DNA of 63,737 nt, counting the filler, from Octopus bimaculoides (taxonomy: Eukaryota), in assembly GCF_001194135.2 (NCBI RefSeq). It is 6 parts of 5 records of this genome, joined end to end, with 100 filler letters (N's around TTAATTAATTAA, not from the genome) between each part and the next. Parts side by side here need not be neighbours in the genome. Positions count along the whole stretch, not along the records: positions 1 to 19,965 come from NC_068982.1; positions 20,066 to 42,566 come from NC_068986.1; 4 more parts are not named here. The stretch is one strand, 5' to 3'. This document shows positions 12,930 through 25,392 of the stretch, piece after piece. Position 1 is the stretch's first letter, and each line of letters opens with the position of its first letter. The position numbers and the translations under genes were made by a program. The notes below the pieces were generated by a model, which ran no database searches, was not told the DNA's origin, and saw only the letters and a list, made by a program, of their open reading frames with translations.

Positions 12930-13133
12930 TTTGGTACAAGGCCAGCAATTTCAGGGGAAGGACTAAGTCAATTACATCAACCTTAGTGTTCAACTGGTAC
13001 TTATTTTATCGACCCTGAAAGGATGAAATGTAAAGTTGACCCTGGTGGAGTTTGAACTCAGAACATAAAGACAAATGCAATGCTGCTAAGCATTTTGCCC
13101 GGCGTACTAACAGTTCTGCCAGTTTGCCACCTT
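12930..13133 (-). mobile_element. Deu/Nin-domain SINE, family B
   Basis: Reverse complement of GGCGG..GGCAGAA..GTTAG...GAGTTCAAA..CC...GTCAACTTT.CATTTCATCCTTTC.GGGTCGATAAAATAAGTACCAG. Further degenerate copies at 10190-10570, 18520-18690, 19350-19680, 20300-20410, 31305-31460, 32680-33020, 47870-48230 and 52350-52560. Confidence 0.8.
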
Positions 13134-15542
13134 AATATGTACATATATTGACATTCATTTTACTATACATTCAAAGATGAAATGGCTATCACATACTTCA
13201 ATATTTATGTTACAAGAATGATAGCTTCTTTCAAAACAGAATGCCTTTATTTAACACCACACAATTATATGGTAATGGTGTTAAAATCTCTATGTTCTCA
13301 ATCTCCAAAGAACACACATCAGAAACATTGGATTTTTCTTTCCTCGTGGCAAATTAACTCTTCTACAATCTTCAATGCCCTTATCATTGCTAACCTCTCA
13401 ATAATGGAATGACGGGTATCTATGGTTAGTTGGTAGACTGAAATAACATTTGTTACCAAATGTCGCACTAAAATATGCGAAGCTATGCTTTGCTTCTAAA
13501 GCAAGATCTGTCTAGAGTCCAAGACCTCCAGTGAGAGGTGTTGATGCATCTGCACATGTATTTGCAGGCATAGGCAAGAGTTTTAGAGAAAGGCTGCAGT
13601 TGATTTTATATGCTAGCAATGATCCTTCTATGCATGTGCACAGAAGTTTGCATCGTGTGCAAATTTAGCTTTTTTGCAAAGCATGTGCAGATTCTTGTGA
13701 GTGACAGGCAGTACATTTCATCAGATAACTGAATGAAGATTTAATTACAGAAGTATACTTTAGTAATAAGCATATATACAGATTAACAAGAAGAATGAGC
13801 AAAAGAAATGATGAAAAGGAAGATACCTGGGAAGAGAGAATAAAAGAGTAAGAATAGGGGAAAGAAGAGAGGAATACCAAGAAAGTAAAACATACCTGTG
13901 ATGTAGAAGAAGAAAATTCAGGAGAGAGAGATGTAGAAACATGTTCAGTTGGCCGGCCATCAGACTGATTGAGTTGAGTTGTAATGCACACATGTCTGCA
14001 AGCCAGCTGCCGTGGTGTATGCAAGTGTAATTTCTGGAATTTAAGAATTAGGAAGGTATAAATATATCAATCAAAAAGAATACGTCATCTCTAAAATAAC
14101 AAATAAATAATTCATACTTCGTTTTGTATTTGGTTTGCAAGATTCTTTATGTGAATTCATGTGTTGAAACAAACTTTGTTGTGTCTTGGGGGAGTCATTA
14201 GACCAAAAACAAAAATGATTGACTGTTTAATCAATAAGTTAAACAAATGATCAATTAGTTAGTTGGACAGATATCTAAGCAATTGACTAATAATAAAGGA
14301 GTGAAACTGAACCAGTATGTGAGTTATTAATTTTGGATAATGACTCTTCTAAGACAACAAAATAATCCATAACTAATCATATTTATGCAAAATTACTTAT
14401 AATTTTTAAGTGTCACTATAAAGAATATATAAATGTAGTATCAATTCCATGAAAGTCTAAAACATGGAAATATATCTTCAATCTTTCACCATATTTTATA
14501 ACCAACATTTCTGATGATGCTCATTGCTTTTAATAAAAAGCTCAGTATATCTGCATGGATAAGAAGTCTGCTTCTCAAACACATGGCTTCAGGTTCAGTC
14601 CTACAGAACAGTACTTATAGCTCCAGTCCAACCCAATAACTTGTGAGAAAATTTGGTAGAAGGAAACTAAAAAAAAAAACTCATCATATACGGTACATAT
14701 ACATATATTGTGGAGTGGGGGTAGACCCAGGACGATGTGGGTCAAAGTGGTGAGAGAGGATCTACAAATGTTGAGACTCACAAAAGAGATGACAGGGACC
14801 AAGATTCCTGGCAGTTTGGTGTGCTTGAAAAGACACATATCAAGCTAAATAAAAGCATGGCTGTCTTTGCATGCAGGCTCGTCCCTTGCAATCCTTTCCA
14901 GCTGAGCATCCCTAATCTTGTGGGCTCATAAGTGCTGGTGCCACATAAAAAGCACTCATACCAGTGCTGCATAAAAGCACCCAATACATTCTGTAAAGTG
15001 GTTGGCATTGGGAAGGGTATCCCGCCACAGAAACCATGCCAAAACAGACATGGAGCCTGAACAGCCCTTCAGCTGGTCAGCTTCTGTCAAACCATCCAAC
15101 CCATGCCAGCATGAAAAATGGACATATGATGATAATGATGATGATATACATGTACCTCTAGTGAAAACCCAGTAAGGTTTGAAAATTGACTAAGGCTGTT
15201 CATCATAGTTTCAATCTACAAAGAAATAGTTAAATTTATCATTTTTGTGTTGCTACTAAGTAGGGTTACATATATAATATCATATCTTGATAGTGTGTGG
15301 CCTGAGACTCTCACTGACAGGCCACTGATATTAAATAAAAAGTTAAATACTTGTCGTATACTAATTAGTGGCCCTAGTTTTCTGTAGCTACTGGAATTGT
15401 TGAGCATATAAACGGATTGACTATTTATTTTCACTGGAACTGATAAGAACCCAATAAAGTTCAAAAATTGATTAAGATTGCTCAGTTGTTTTAATCTGAA
15501 GAGAAATAGTTTAAATTGCCATTTTTATTCTAGTAGAAATTG

Positions 15543-15787
15543 GGACAATTTGTTGAGAGGAAATGTTAACAAACATCACTAGCCTAGCTACAAATGGCGA
15601 TGCCACTGTTTGTAATGTACATTGTAAATATCCACACAGATACACACATATATATGTATGTGTGTACGTCTGCATGTATGTGCATGTGTATCTTTGCAAA
15701 TATTTACAATCTACATTATAAACAGTGGCATTGCCATTTGTAGCTGGCTTGTGATGTTTGTGAACATTTCCTGTCAACAAATTGTCC
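15543..15787. mobile_element. Foldback/MITE-like long inverted repeat in TIMM44 intron 1
   Basis: Arms 15543-15631 and 15700-15787 are about 90% reverse-complementary by eye; the spacer is a partly self-complementary CA/TG tract. Confidence 0.8.
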
Positions 15788-16144
15788 ACTTGCCCTGTGC
15801 TTTCAGATTCCAGTGGAATAAAAATTCCCTTAATTGAAAAACAAATATGGTTGGTGACAGAAAGAGTCTCTGGCCATAAAAATACTACAACAAAATCCCA
15901 CCAATATAACCCATGCTACCATGGGAAAATGTACATTAAACAAATGAAGAAACACCTAAAGCATAACAGGCAAATAGATGCAAAAACTAAATCTCTCCAT
16001 AATAAAAACGGTGCCTTCCACAACATTGATTTAGCGATTAGTGACTTCAGTTTGTAAAATTTCTTCTCACAGTCAAATATGCTCCAAACAATAAGTTTAA
16101 TTTTCACTCCTACAGATTTACACTTTGTAAATACTATTCACATT

Positions 16145-16252
16145 ATGGAATGCATCTCTTTGGATGTAGCGGGACCAAAACAGTCAATGTCTTGAAACAA
16201 GCATCTCTTAGCAGCAGCTGATGAATAGCCAGGTTTCCTGGTACTGATATCA
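16145..16252 (+). mobile_element. Gypsy-like LTR retrotransposon integrase remnant
   Basis: MECISLDVAGPKQSMS*NKHLLAAADE*PGF aligns with the integrase core start (..DFKGPLPS..RNKY.L..VDEYSRFP); the two stops fall at expected R and Y positions. Confidence 0.55.
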
Positions 16253-18121
16253 GTTTTTAAACCTTTAAACTTTCTTTTTTTCTAACTGGAACCCCCAATG
16301 ATGACCACAGTGATAAAAGAACTTGACTCATGTCTGAATGCAAAATATTTTATGAAAAGAACCACACAAATCAAAACCAAACCTTGCAACCCTAGAGGAA
16401 ATGGTCAATGCAAAAAAATCATTTACACAATAGGGAAATGGCTACTTTTAATTTCAAAATCACAGTGTTTTTCGTAATTTTGTTGGAAAGATGTTCTTTT
16501 TGGTGTACTTCATTTAATTTACTACCAGCTGAGAGCTCTCAGCTATTACCCAAGGGAACTCACATTTTAGGTATGGTTTTCCAGTTAGCATCTCTCTACA
16601 TTCAGGACTAATTTCCCCATGCAAAAGTTACTCCACACTAGAGAAAGCTTAATTGAATAAAATGAGAATTTTACCTAGATTCATAAAAATAATGGAGTAT
16701 TAAGACACTGTTACATTTCCTAATGTGTCAGTGCCAACTCAATTCCAGATCTCAAAAACACTTTGACTTGTCATTGTTAAAAATTCCATGACTACTATTT
16801 CTTATGGGAGAAAAAGAATATCTGACTAGCAGCTATGCTGAGATTATTCCACAGAGATCAGCCATATCTTTCACTCTTATTGGTGCACTTCATCACTCAA
16901 AAAGATTTATCAAAGCACCTGAAAAACTTAATTTGTGACTTTTCAGGTCTCTTGTTATTTTTCTCAAGATTATCTCCATTTGTTTCCCAACAAGTGTCAA
17001 CTATGGCATCGTTGAAGGGCTCGAATTTTCCTCTGTGGTATCTATTTTATATCCAAGTAGAACGAGCTGTAAACAAATATTTCACCATAGTCACAGTACA
17101 GTACCCACGAAGTTAACGTGAGCCGGTTAAATAAGGTCGTTCGACACCAAATAAACGAGCGTTATATTTGCGTGTTCCGTAACGTTAAAACGTTCTTTTG
17201 ATCTAATACTACACCCTAATCAAGAACTCTCTTCTTGTTCATATGTTTACATATTAAGTAGCATCAATCAGAAGTTCAACTTGAACATAAATTGTATGAC
17301 CCTCATCAGTGTGTGTGGGGAGGGACTTATAGAAGCAATAAAGAGACCCTGCCCAACTGAAAGTTTTCAAAATTCCCACCCATGTGTTCAATCGGGTTCT
17401 CCTTAATAGAGCAAACAGTTTATAATTGCTAAATAAAAAAAAACACCTGGAATAATAAGTGGTGATTGCACAAAGGATTCGAACAAAGAATATCAGAATT
17501 CTAACAGATGAGATCGTATCGGAATCCTGACAATATTAACAATAAAAATAAATAAATAAATAAAACAAAAGTAACAAGCTCACAGAAAGTTTGACCTTCA
17601 GAGACCAACAACGTGCCATTTTCTAAATTTTCTTTGAGCAGAACAAGAAAAATCAACAGAAAGAAAAAGGTAGTAGCAGAATATTTTCAAGTAACTCTCA
17701 ATTTTCTAAAATTAATTAAAAAAATGAAAGAAAATTTCATGTAAGCATATAAACGTTGGTGAAGCACACACGATCCTAAGTTAACCAGGCTTTCCTTTAT
17801 GCAGTATCAGGCCACATTGAGGTAGACAGTTGTAAGTTAATTGGCACATTGAGACTGATTAATAAAGGAAATCTCTAAAACTTTAAAAAAAAGCAAGTCG
17901 TCCGATACAGAAATATAAAGGTCATCTTGTATGGAAAACAAACAGAAGGCGGCGCTGAATATTGACGGTAGTACATGCGATTCGAAGATGTTCTCTGACA
18001 GACAGAAGAATACGAGTATAAAAAATTTGTTTTTTTTTCATAAAACACGAACACACATATCAAGTTAAAGTCATACGAAATACATTTATTTTGTCAAAAA
18101 ACGAAAATAAAGATAACATAC

Positions 18122-18166
18122 CCTAAGTTTATTCAGCTTGGCCGACTTTGCCAGTGAAGAAGCCAT
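18122..18166 (-). CDS. TIMM44: TIMM44 coding exon 1 (MASSLAKSAKLNKLR)
   Basis: AAAATGG start context, basic acid-free peptide typical of a mitochondrial presequence, AGG|gtatgt donor in phase 0 matching exon 2, in a locally CpG-richer region. Confidence 0.8.
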
Positions 18167-18202
18167 TTTAGCCCGGCTCGATTAATGATAACACTGTTGC
18201 TT

Positions 18203-18217
18203 TTACGTCACTTCCGC
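18203..18217 (-). promoter_or_regulatory. Overlapping ETS-CRE composite motif GCGGAAGTGACGTAA upstream of TIMM44
   Basis: 37-51 bp upstream of the ATG; one mismatch to the (G/C)CGGAAGTGACGTCA motif known from vertebrate proximal promoters. Confidence 0.6.
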
Positions 18218-18701
18218 AATGCTAGACAAGTACCATCCACGTGTTTCCAGCAGAACAACCAGTCTTATGTAACTTTCGCTGGATTTAACTATCTTTATGC
18301 TTTCTATTTGTTAACATGCAATACCTGTCCTTTATTGTGTCAGACTTGAAATGTATATACTGGTGCATTAGTCGAGAATTTTCGAAAAGTGCGTAGGAGG
18401 CGGATGTTGCAAATTATTCTTCCAGTTAAAGACACACAAGCATTACGGCGGATAGCTGTCTGCTAGTTTAGAGTATTTCGAACTGTTTTCTCTCCGATAT
18501 TGTCGGCAGAATCTTTAGCGCATCAAACAAAATGTTTAGCGGTATCTCTTCCGGTTGTTTATGTCCAGAGTTCAGATCTCACCGAGGTTGACTTTTCTTT
18601 TCACCTTCTTGGCTCAGTAAAATAAAGTACTATTAAAGTACTGAAGTTGATGTAATTGACTGGCCCCATCCCCTAAAATTGTAAAGATTGAGAAAAAAAA
18701 A

Positions 18702-19339
18702 TGGCACTGTCATGGTATTAGCTGTCAGAAGTGAAAGTAGAAAAATCTGACAAGGAACGTTACTGCTGGTTTGAGTTGATTCTTTGGCGACTGACAGCTA
18801 ATACCATGACTGGCCGGAGCGAGCTATCTGTCTGTCTGTCTCTATCTCTCTCTCTATCTATCTATCACTCGAAAGTTATTGGAACAAATTTGACACCTAT
18901 ATCCATGCGTTTGAAAACACACAGAGTATAAGGGTACTACTAAAGCAGAGTGGTCCCCAATGCGCAGTCACGCGTCCGCGCTAGCTAGTCGTGAGTGGTC
19001 GATCCTATTATTTTTAAACTTCAAACTTCATGTTTTCTATTTTGATAAATTCTCTCTGTTGAAAATTATATTTTTATATTTTAAATAATTTGCAATTTCA
19101 GAAAATATATTTTTATATTAAATTTGCGTTTTCTAATTTGATAAATTCTACGGACACAAACAGAGGTGAACGAGTGATAGATAGATAGATAAATAGATAG
19201 AGAGAGAGAGAGATAGTGAGATAGACAGACAGATAGATAGCTCCGGCTAGTCAGTAGCCAAGGAATCAACTCAAACCAGCAGTAACGTTCCTTGTCAGTT
19301 CTACTTTCAATTCTGACAGCTAATACCATGACAATGCCA
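18702..19339. mobile_element. Foldback element with about 170-bp arms upstream of TIMM44
   Basis: TGGCACTGTCATGG...ATCACTCG (18702-18870) is the reverse complement of CGAGTGAT...CCATGACAATGCCA (19171-19339); A-runs flank both ends. Confidence 0.8.
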
Positions 19340-19747
19340 AAAAATTTTTTTAATGGCGAGCTAGCAGAATCGTTAGCACTCCCGGAAAAAATATATAGTC
19401 GAGATCGACCTTGCTTTTCATCATTTCGAGGTCGATAAAGTAGGTAACAGTTGAGCAACAGGGTCCTTGTAATTGACTAACCCCTCCCCTCAAAAACTGC
19501 TTGTCGTGTGCCAAACAGAATCGTTAGCACGCCTAGTCCTTACGTTCTGAGTTCAAATTCTGTCATGGCTGACCTTACCTTTCAGCCTTTCGGGGTGGAT
19601 AAAATAAGTCAAGCACTGGGGTTGATGTGATCGACTTATACCCTATTCCAAAATTTCAGACCTTGTGGTTATAGTAGAAAGGATCATCATCGTCGTCGTC
19701 ACCATCGTCTTCATCATCATCATCATCATCATCATCATTATTCTTAT

Positions 19748-19965
19748 TCTTCTTCTTATTATTATTGAGTGAGAGAGCAGTGCATGCCATCAAAATGACA
19801 CTGGGATAAAATATACGAAGCCCAATATACCCATCATGACTACTTGTCTGATAAGGGTACACCAGTCACATGTATCACAACCATATGTGCGCAACATGGT
19901 GATCTCATATCAAGATAAATAGCGCATGACCTCGAAGGTGGGGCCCAGTTAGAATTTTCTATAGG
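19748..19965 (-). mobile_element. Unclassified retroposon 3' end with (AAT)n/(GAT)n tail, truncated by a gap
   Basis: Complex sequence ends in the simple-repeat tail at 19685-19747, as expected for a LINE/SINE 3' terminus. Confidence 0.45.
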
Positions 19966-20065
19966 NNNNNNNNNNNNNNNNNNNNNNNNNNNNNNNNNNN
20001 NNNNNNNNNTTAATTAATTAANNNNNNNNNNNNNNNNNNNNNNNNNNNNNNNNNNNNNNNNNNNN
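19966..20065. other. Artificial scaffold linker (44 N + TTAATTAATTAA + 44 N); also at 42567-42666, 46857-46956, 55583-55682 and 62264-62363
   Basis: Identical 100-bp layout five times; the 12-mer is palindromic and has stops in all six frames. Confidence 0.97.
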
Positions 20066-20541
20066 TATATATATATACATATATTAAATTCAAATTACAA
20101 TGAACGTAAACAAACAAATGAAGTTTGCTTTTAGAAGCGTTGAGATGTCTTTAGAAAGTTACAGAAGTGATTTTAAATTCTCAAACGCAGGATAACACTT
20201 ATAATATATCCTGAACAGGATAAGCTACCCCTATTTTGCAGAAAAAAGTGTAGGCGAGAAAGAGAGATTCATATAACCTTGAGATTTTGTATATATTCCT
20301 TTCTACCAGTGCGTAGCTGGTACATATTTTATTGATCCCAAAAGAATGAAAGGATGGACGAAATGCCGTTAAGCATTTTGCCTGGCATGCTGATGATTCT
20401 GCCAGCTTTCCGTATTAGACATTGTATATATTAAACCATAATATCTACCATTAAAGTCAGTTCAGTTATTGAACATTTGATAGAATGCACATCTAATATA
20501 TGGTAGTAGTTGCTGGCTAATTCATAATTTGCTCTTTGCAG

Positions 20542-20633
20542 ACAGATCATAAACTAAGGACAATTGGTGGGATTTCAGGATCTGTGTAATGTTACAGTAG
20601 CAATGCCTCTAGTCATAAAAGTTTGTTTGTTGG
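20542..20633 (+). other. Candidate exon of a divergent plus-strand transcript (ATG at 20603, MPLVIKVCLL)
   Basis: tttgctctttgcag acceptor and G|gtgagg donor; no recognised homology. Confidence 0.3.
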
Positions 20634-22057
20634 GTGAGGCTAATAAATTGTTCTTACCTCCCTTAGTCTCTATAGCTAACTTATCCTTATTGTTAATACA
20701 GAAGTATGCTGAATACTTTTCTAGTTGAAGATAGCTGGCTATTGTACTTTCTTTTCCTAATAAATTACCTTTAACTTGTGTGTATTGCTACCTATATATA
20801 TATATATATATATAGTATTAGGGAAAAGAACCAAGGTCTATGTGAACTCATTGATGAAAATCCACTGTCACATATAGAAAAAATTTTAAGTACAATAAAT
20901 AAGTATAATATAATGCAAAGTAAATATCATAAGATATCTTATGATATTTACTTTGCATTATATTGTACTTTTAATTATAAATTTTTTTCTATATGTGACT
21001 GGATTTTCATCGATGAGTTCATAGACCTTCGTTCTTTTCCCTAATACTATATATTAATATATTTTATACTCTGAAGCTTAATTTAATTTTATTTTTTAAT
21101 AAATTAATTTTGAGTTTTTACCTATAATTTTGGATTTTATCCCTAATATTATTATTATTATATATATATATATATATCTCAGAGAATGCCAAGTTAACTT
21201 ATTCCCCGGTAAACTTATTACTTGGTTGCTATCTGTTTAGACTAAATATGCTTGCTTGTTTTATTTCAACCACACATCACTATTGCTTCATTTGACTTCA
21301 TTTACAGCCATTGAGGTAGACTTGAATTGTGATGCTGTAGAGGGTGGTTTCCTTTACTCTGTCCATGAGGTTTTTTGGAAAACCAGTGGTCATCAGCCTT
21401 TTTAGTCAAGCTAAATTTAATGTGTGACTGCATGCTAAAAATATATAATTGCACCTTTGATTTGCTGTTCGATTACTTTGCACTAGCAAACTTAGCCTTT
21501 GTAACATCTAACTATTATAAGATTAAGTTTACCTTAATTGTAAACCTATTTTCCCTTGCTTTTGAATAAGGTGCATCTTTTACCTACAATTAATATTCAG
21601 TAACACACTTTTTATGTTTTTATCCTTTTTAAAGTAGGATTTAATAATAAATTTTACCATTTTCAAAATATTTTCTGTTTACTTCATACATTTTATTTTG
21701 TTATAAAATATATTTCTGCAAAACTTATTGTATTTTTGTTTTGTCTCCAATTATTTTTTATTTAAAATTTTAAATAGTCATTTTGTGTTCATTGACAATT
21801 GAGTTGCACTAAATACTTCAACTTGATTCTTGCAATTAATTTAGATCAGATAGTGGATTGTTTTTTTTTTTTTAAGATTTGGAAGTGTGCTCTTACTGTA
21901 ATTACTAGAAAAAGAATATATCTTTGCTTATATACAACTTGACCTGCTCAACTTTTGAGCCAATACTTAACACAACACAACCTGCTCACCCTTTGAGCCA
22001 ATACCTAGATAGTTTTGATGACTGTTCATGACTTAAAGTGAAGTGTTCAAGTTAATA

Positions 22058-22445
22058 GGCGTAGGAGTGGCTGTGTGGTAAGTAGCTTGCTTACCAACCA
22101 CATGGTTCCGGGTTCAGTCCCACTACGCGGCAACTTGGGCAAGTGTCTTCTACTATAGCCTTGGGCCGACCAAAGCCTTGTGAGTGGATTTGGTAGACGG
22201 AAACTGAAAGAAGCCTGTCGTATATATGTATATATATGTGTGTGTGTCTGTGTTTGTCCCCTCAACATCGCTTGACAACCGATGTTGGTGTGTTTACATC
22301 CCTGTAACTTAGCGGTTCAGCAAAAGAGACTGATAGAATAAGTACTAGGCTTACAAAGAATAAGTCCTGGGGTTGATTTGCTCGACTAAAGGTGGTGCTC
22401 CAGCATGGCCACAGTCAAATGACTGAAACAAGTAAAAGAGTAAAG
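22058..22445 (+). mobile_element. CORE-type tRNA SINE, family A, full length
   Basis: A-box TGGCTGTGTGG, B-box GGTTCAGTCCC, CTTGGGCAAGTG CORE-like motif, internal microsatellite and AAGTAAAAGAGTAAAG tail. Confidence 0.92.
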
Positions 22446-23258
22446 TTAACTAAAATCATATTATGACAGCTGTCAAATCACTTTTCTTTCTCATTACCCC
22501 AAACTAATTTGTTTTTACCTCTTTGATCTTTTTTTTATTTTTAAATCTTGTCAGGAGATTGAAATCTTATGAAACATTTTTCTAGATTTTAAAAAATTTT
22601 GCATGCTTAGATTTATGTTCGTATTTTTGGCTTTTTTAAAAACTTGACTTACAAACTATATTGAGTAACTTCACATTAAGGAGGGGAATGTACAATTTTC
22701 TGTAATTCACTCTGCCTCAAGGTCCCAGCAGACAAAGATGGGAAAGAAAATGTCCTGGGAGATGCACTGAAACAGTTACTCTGACTCATTGGGCTCGCAC
22801 TTGTGGGTAGCCGTCTCTGCCATTATAGTGGTGAGCAGGGATATAGTCCGGGGGTTGAGAACGTAGCAGGTCTTCACTGCCAGAGGCTTGACCGTAAATA
22901 TAAGTTTGTTGAAGAAATATTTCCCAGGACTCTTGAGCTTTTGGACTATATTTTGAAGCAGGATTATCAATCCTAGTAATAATATTGAATTGTCTGAGAG
23001 CCAACGTTTAAAGAGAGGACGATTTTGAAAGATTTTGGAATTTTATATAATTATGTAGAAAATATTTGCTACCTATGTGTCTAGTCAGAGGAAAGAGTTT
23101 ATATTATTGGAATACTGGAGGAGGCCATGATTGAAGCCAATGGCAATTTTATTGAATAAATTTCCTCTTTAGTAGTTCAAGATATTTTCTTCTAATTTTG
23201 GTAAATATATTTGTTAAAATGAGATATCAAGTGTTATTTTCATTTTTGCATAATTTAG

Positions 23259-23330
23259 ATGGCAATTTATTCACCGTACCCTGTACAAGCATCTCCAGCC
23301 ATGGGGAAATATTACCTTGCTTGGGAACAG
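23259..23330 (+). other. Candidate 72-nt plus-strand exon
   Basis: catttttgcataatttag acceptor and strong CAG|gtgagt donor; open in all three frames; no recognised homology. Confidence 0.4.
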
Positions 23331-25182
23331 GTGAGTGTTGGCAACAAGGGTATCTAACTAGAAAGTCTGGGTCACTGAATTCCATCTCATCTTTGTAAGC
23401 ATAGAAAAATAGACATGGAAATGATGATTGTCCAATATGATTAGTTAAACAGTTTGTTTCTTAATCACATGATTTTGGATTTTGTCCTTTTGCATAGTAC
23501 CTTGGACAAGTGTCCTCTGTTGTAACTCTGGGCCAACCAAAGTCTTTTGAGTGGATTTGGTAGATGGAATATCTACCAAGTATGTATAAATATGATTTAT
23601 ATTATATAATTGACTTCATTTCTTTTTCGTAGATGCTATTTTAAATCCAAGTTAATTCATTACCAAAGCATTGACAAGCAATAGACTGCATCCCTTCTAT
23701 TCCTGTCTCTATTAAGTAGGGACAATGGTGTTTGTCAAAGTAACAGAACCAACCTTTTAAAGAATTGCTCTATTGTCTTTTGAGTAAATTGCAAATTATT
23801 TTTTGAACAACTAAATGAATGTTTTATCAACACTTTATGCTTATAGCTAATGGCAGCAATTGCCCGTCTATTTTCATTTTGAGACTTAAAGCATTGTCAT
23901 GTTAAGCAAATGTATTGAGTTGAAAACGAGATTTTAATTATGTAATGAAATGAGCATTGTAGAAACAGATGTGAACTTTTAGCTAAGCAGAAGTTATAGG
24001 CATTAAAATGACATTGTTGGGTAGAATGTTTTGTGGTATTTGTTTCAAATACCTAGACTCAGAATTCACTGAGGTCTATTTCGCTTCTATCTTAGGAGCT
24101 GATAAAAATATTAGTGCAGGGCACTGAACTTATGGAGTTGTCATGGTAAGATAGAATGCCTTGCATTATCTGTTCCAGCCCTCTGCATTTTGAGTTCAAA
24201 TTTGCCCATGTGCAGCTACTTGCAACACCAGTAACTGTTTAGTCACTGTTTTTATATATATCAATGGTAATGGATTTTGTTTACACATACTGGCTGTGAG
24301 TACATTATTGAAAATGTCCAACAAAGCCAAAATGCATCAAGTGTTCTCACTGCTGTAATGCAAGAGCCACTGGAGACCTACAGTCTGACATCACCGACCA
24401 ATGGGTCATTCTTTTGAGAAATTTTGACCCAACCATGTCAGATATACAAATTTCCTTTTTGAAATTACTTATTAATTGGCTCCATCTGTTTGCCATCTCT
24501 CGGATCTGCACCAAGTTTGTGTGGTGACAGCTCTTTCTGTCTCAAACTCTATCAACACTGGTGAGTTCCAGGATTCAGCTTTATCATTTTACACATCGAT
24601 GCCTTGCTTCCCATCACATCTGCTATGTCCAATGCTGACCATGCTTATACAGTTAATACTATTCTTTGTTCCTCCCTAACATTCCCAATATGTATGTCAT
24701 TTACAATCACTGCATGACAAACCTGGGTTGATTCCATGGATGGAGGTTCCATTTGATTCCATGAATGGTATGGCCCTACTGGAGGTCTCCAATCTTGTCT
24801 CAGTAGCAAAAAACACAACCACCACTCATACTGCACTGGACCCAACCTAAAAACATGAGCAGTATTGCCACAAAGTTGCTTCAATATTAGGCCCTCAAAG
24901 TTTCCTGAGTATTTCACTCAGTAAAAGCACATCCCTCAAATAACCAGGACCACATCCTAAAAATGTTAATTCTCCAACATTTACTGGTTACATGATGGAC
25001 ATTTGTCCTCTAGGGAAATATTGATCCCATATCTGAGGCAGTGTCACTGCACACAAGTATCCTAGACTGAAGCCAGAGAAAGGTCAGTTGACTTTGGTAT
25101 GAAATTTCTCTGACATGTTCCAGCTTCTTGCCTGCAACTATAAACTGTATTCTCTTGTTGCTACTAATATAATGTTCCCTAA

Positions 25183-25392
25183 TCCTTTAACATTCAGATT
25201 ACTCAATCAAATGTATTGCTTATTTATTTACATTGCTTTTAATTAATTATGCATTATTTTGCAGCTTTAAGATTTTGATGTGTGTTTATTTTTAGAATTA
25301 CTTTGTATGGTAGTTGTGAGAGGCTAGATCTGGCCAGTTTGAACATAAGTAGGATATTTGGACTGGACATGGCCAGTTTAAATGCTAAAGGG
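25183..25392. mobile_element. piggyBac-type MITE, same family as 5650-5857
   Basis: Right end AATGCTAAAGGG|TTAA, degenerate left end TCCTTTAACATTCAG, colinear interior. Confidence 0.75.

Noticed and set aside
13190-13750. Nested gene in TIMM44 intron 1
   Set aside because: All frames are interrupted and no coherent splice pair or motif was found.
16835-17220. CpG-richer patch and 93-aa ORF as a second promoter or gene
   Set aside because: No recognisable protein or splice structure; cannot be supported from sequence alone.
22726-23010. GKENVLGDAL (Gypsy RNase H-like, plus) or NPRTISLLTT (LINE RT-like, minus)
   Set aside because: Two conflicting short motif matches, neither extendable; left unclassified.
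24640-25130. Degenerate LINE RT (AGKKLEHVREISY, minus)
   Set aside because: Only one weak motif and many stops.
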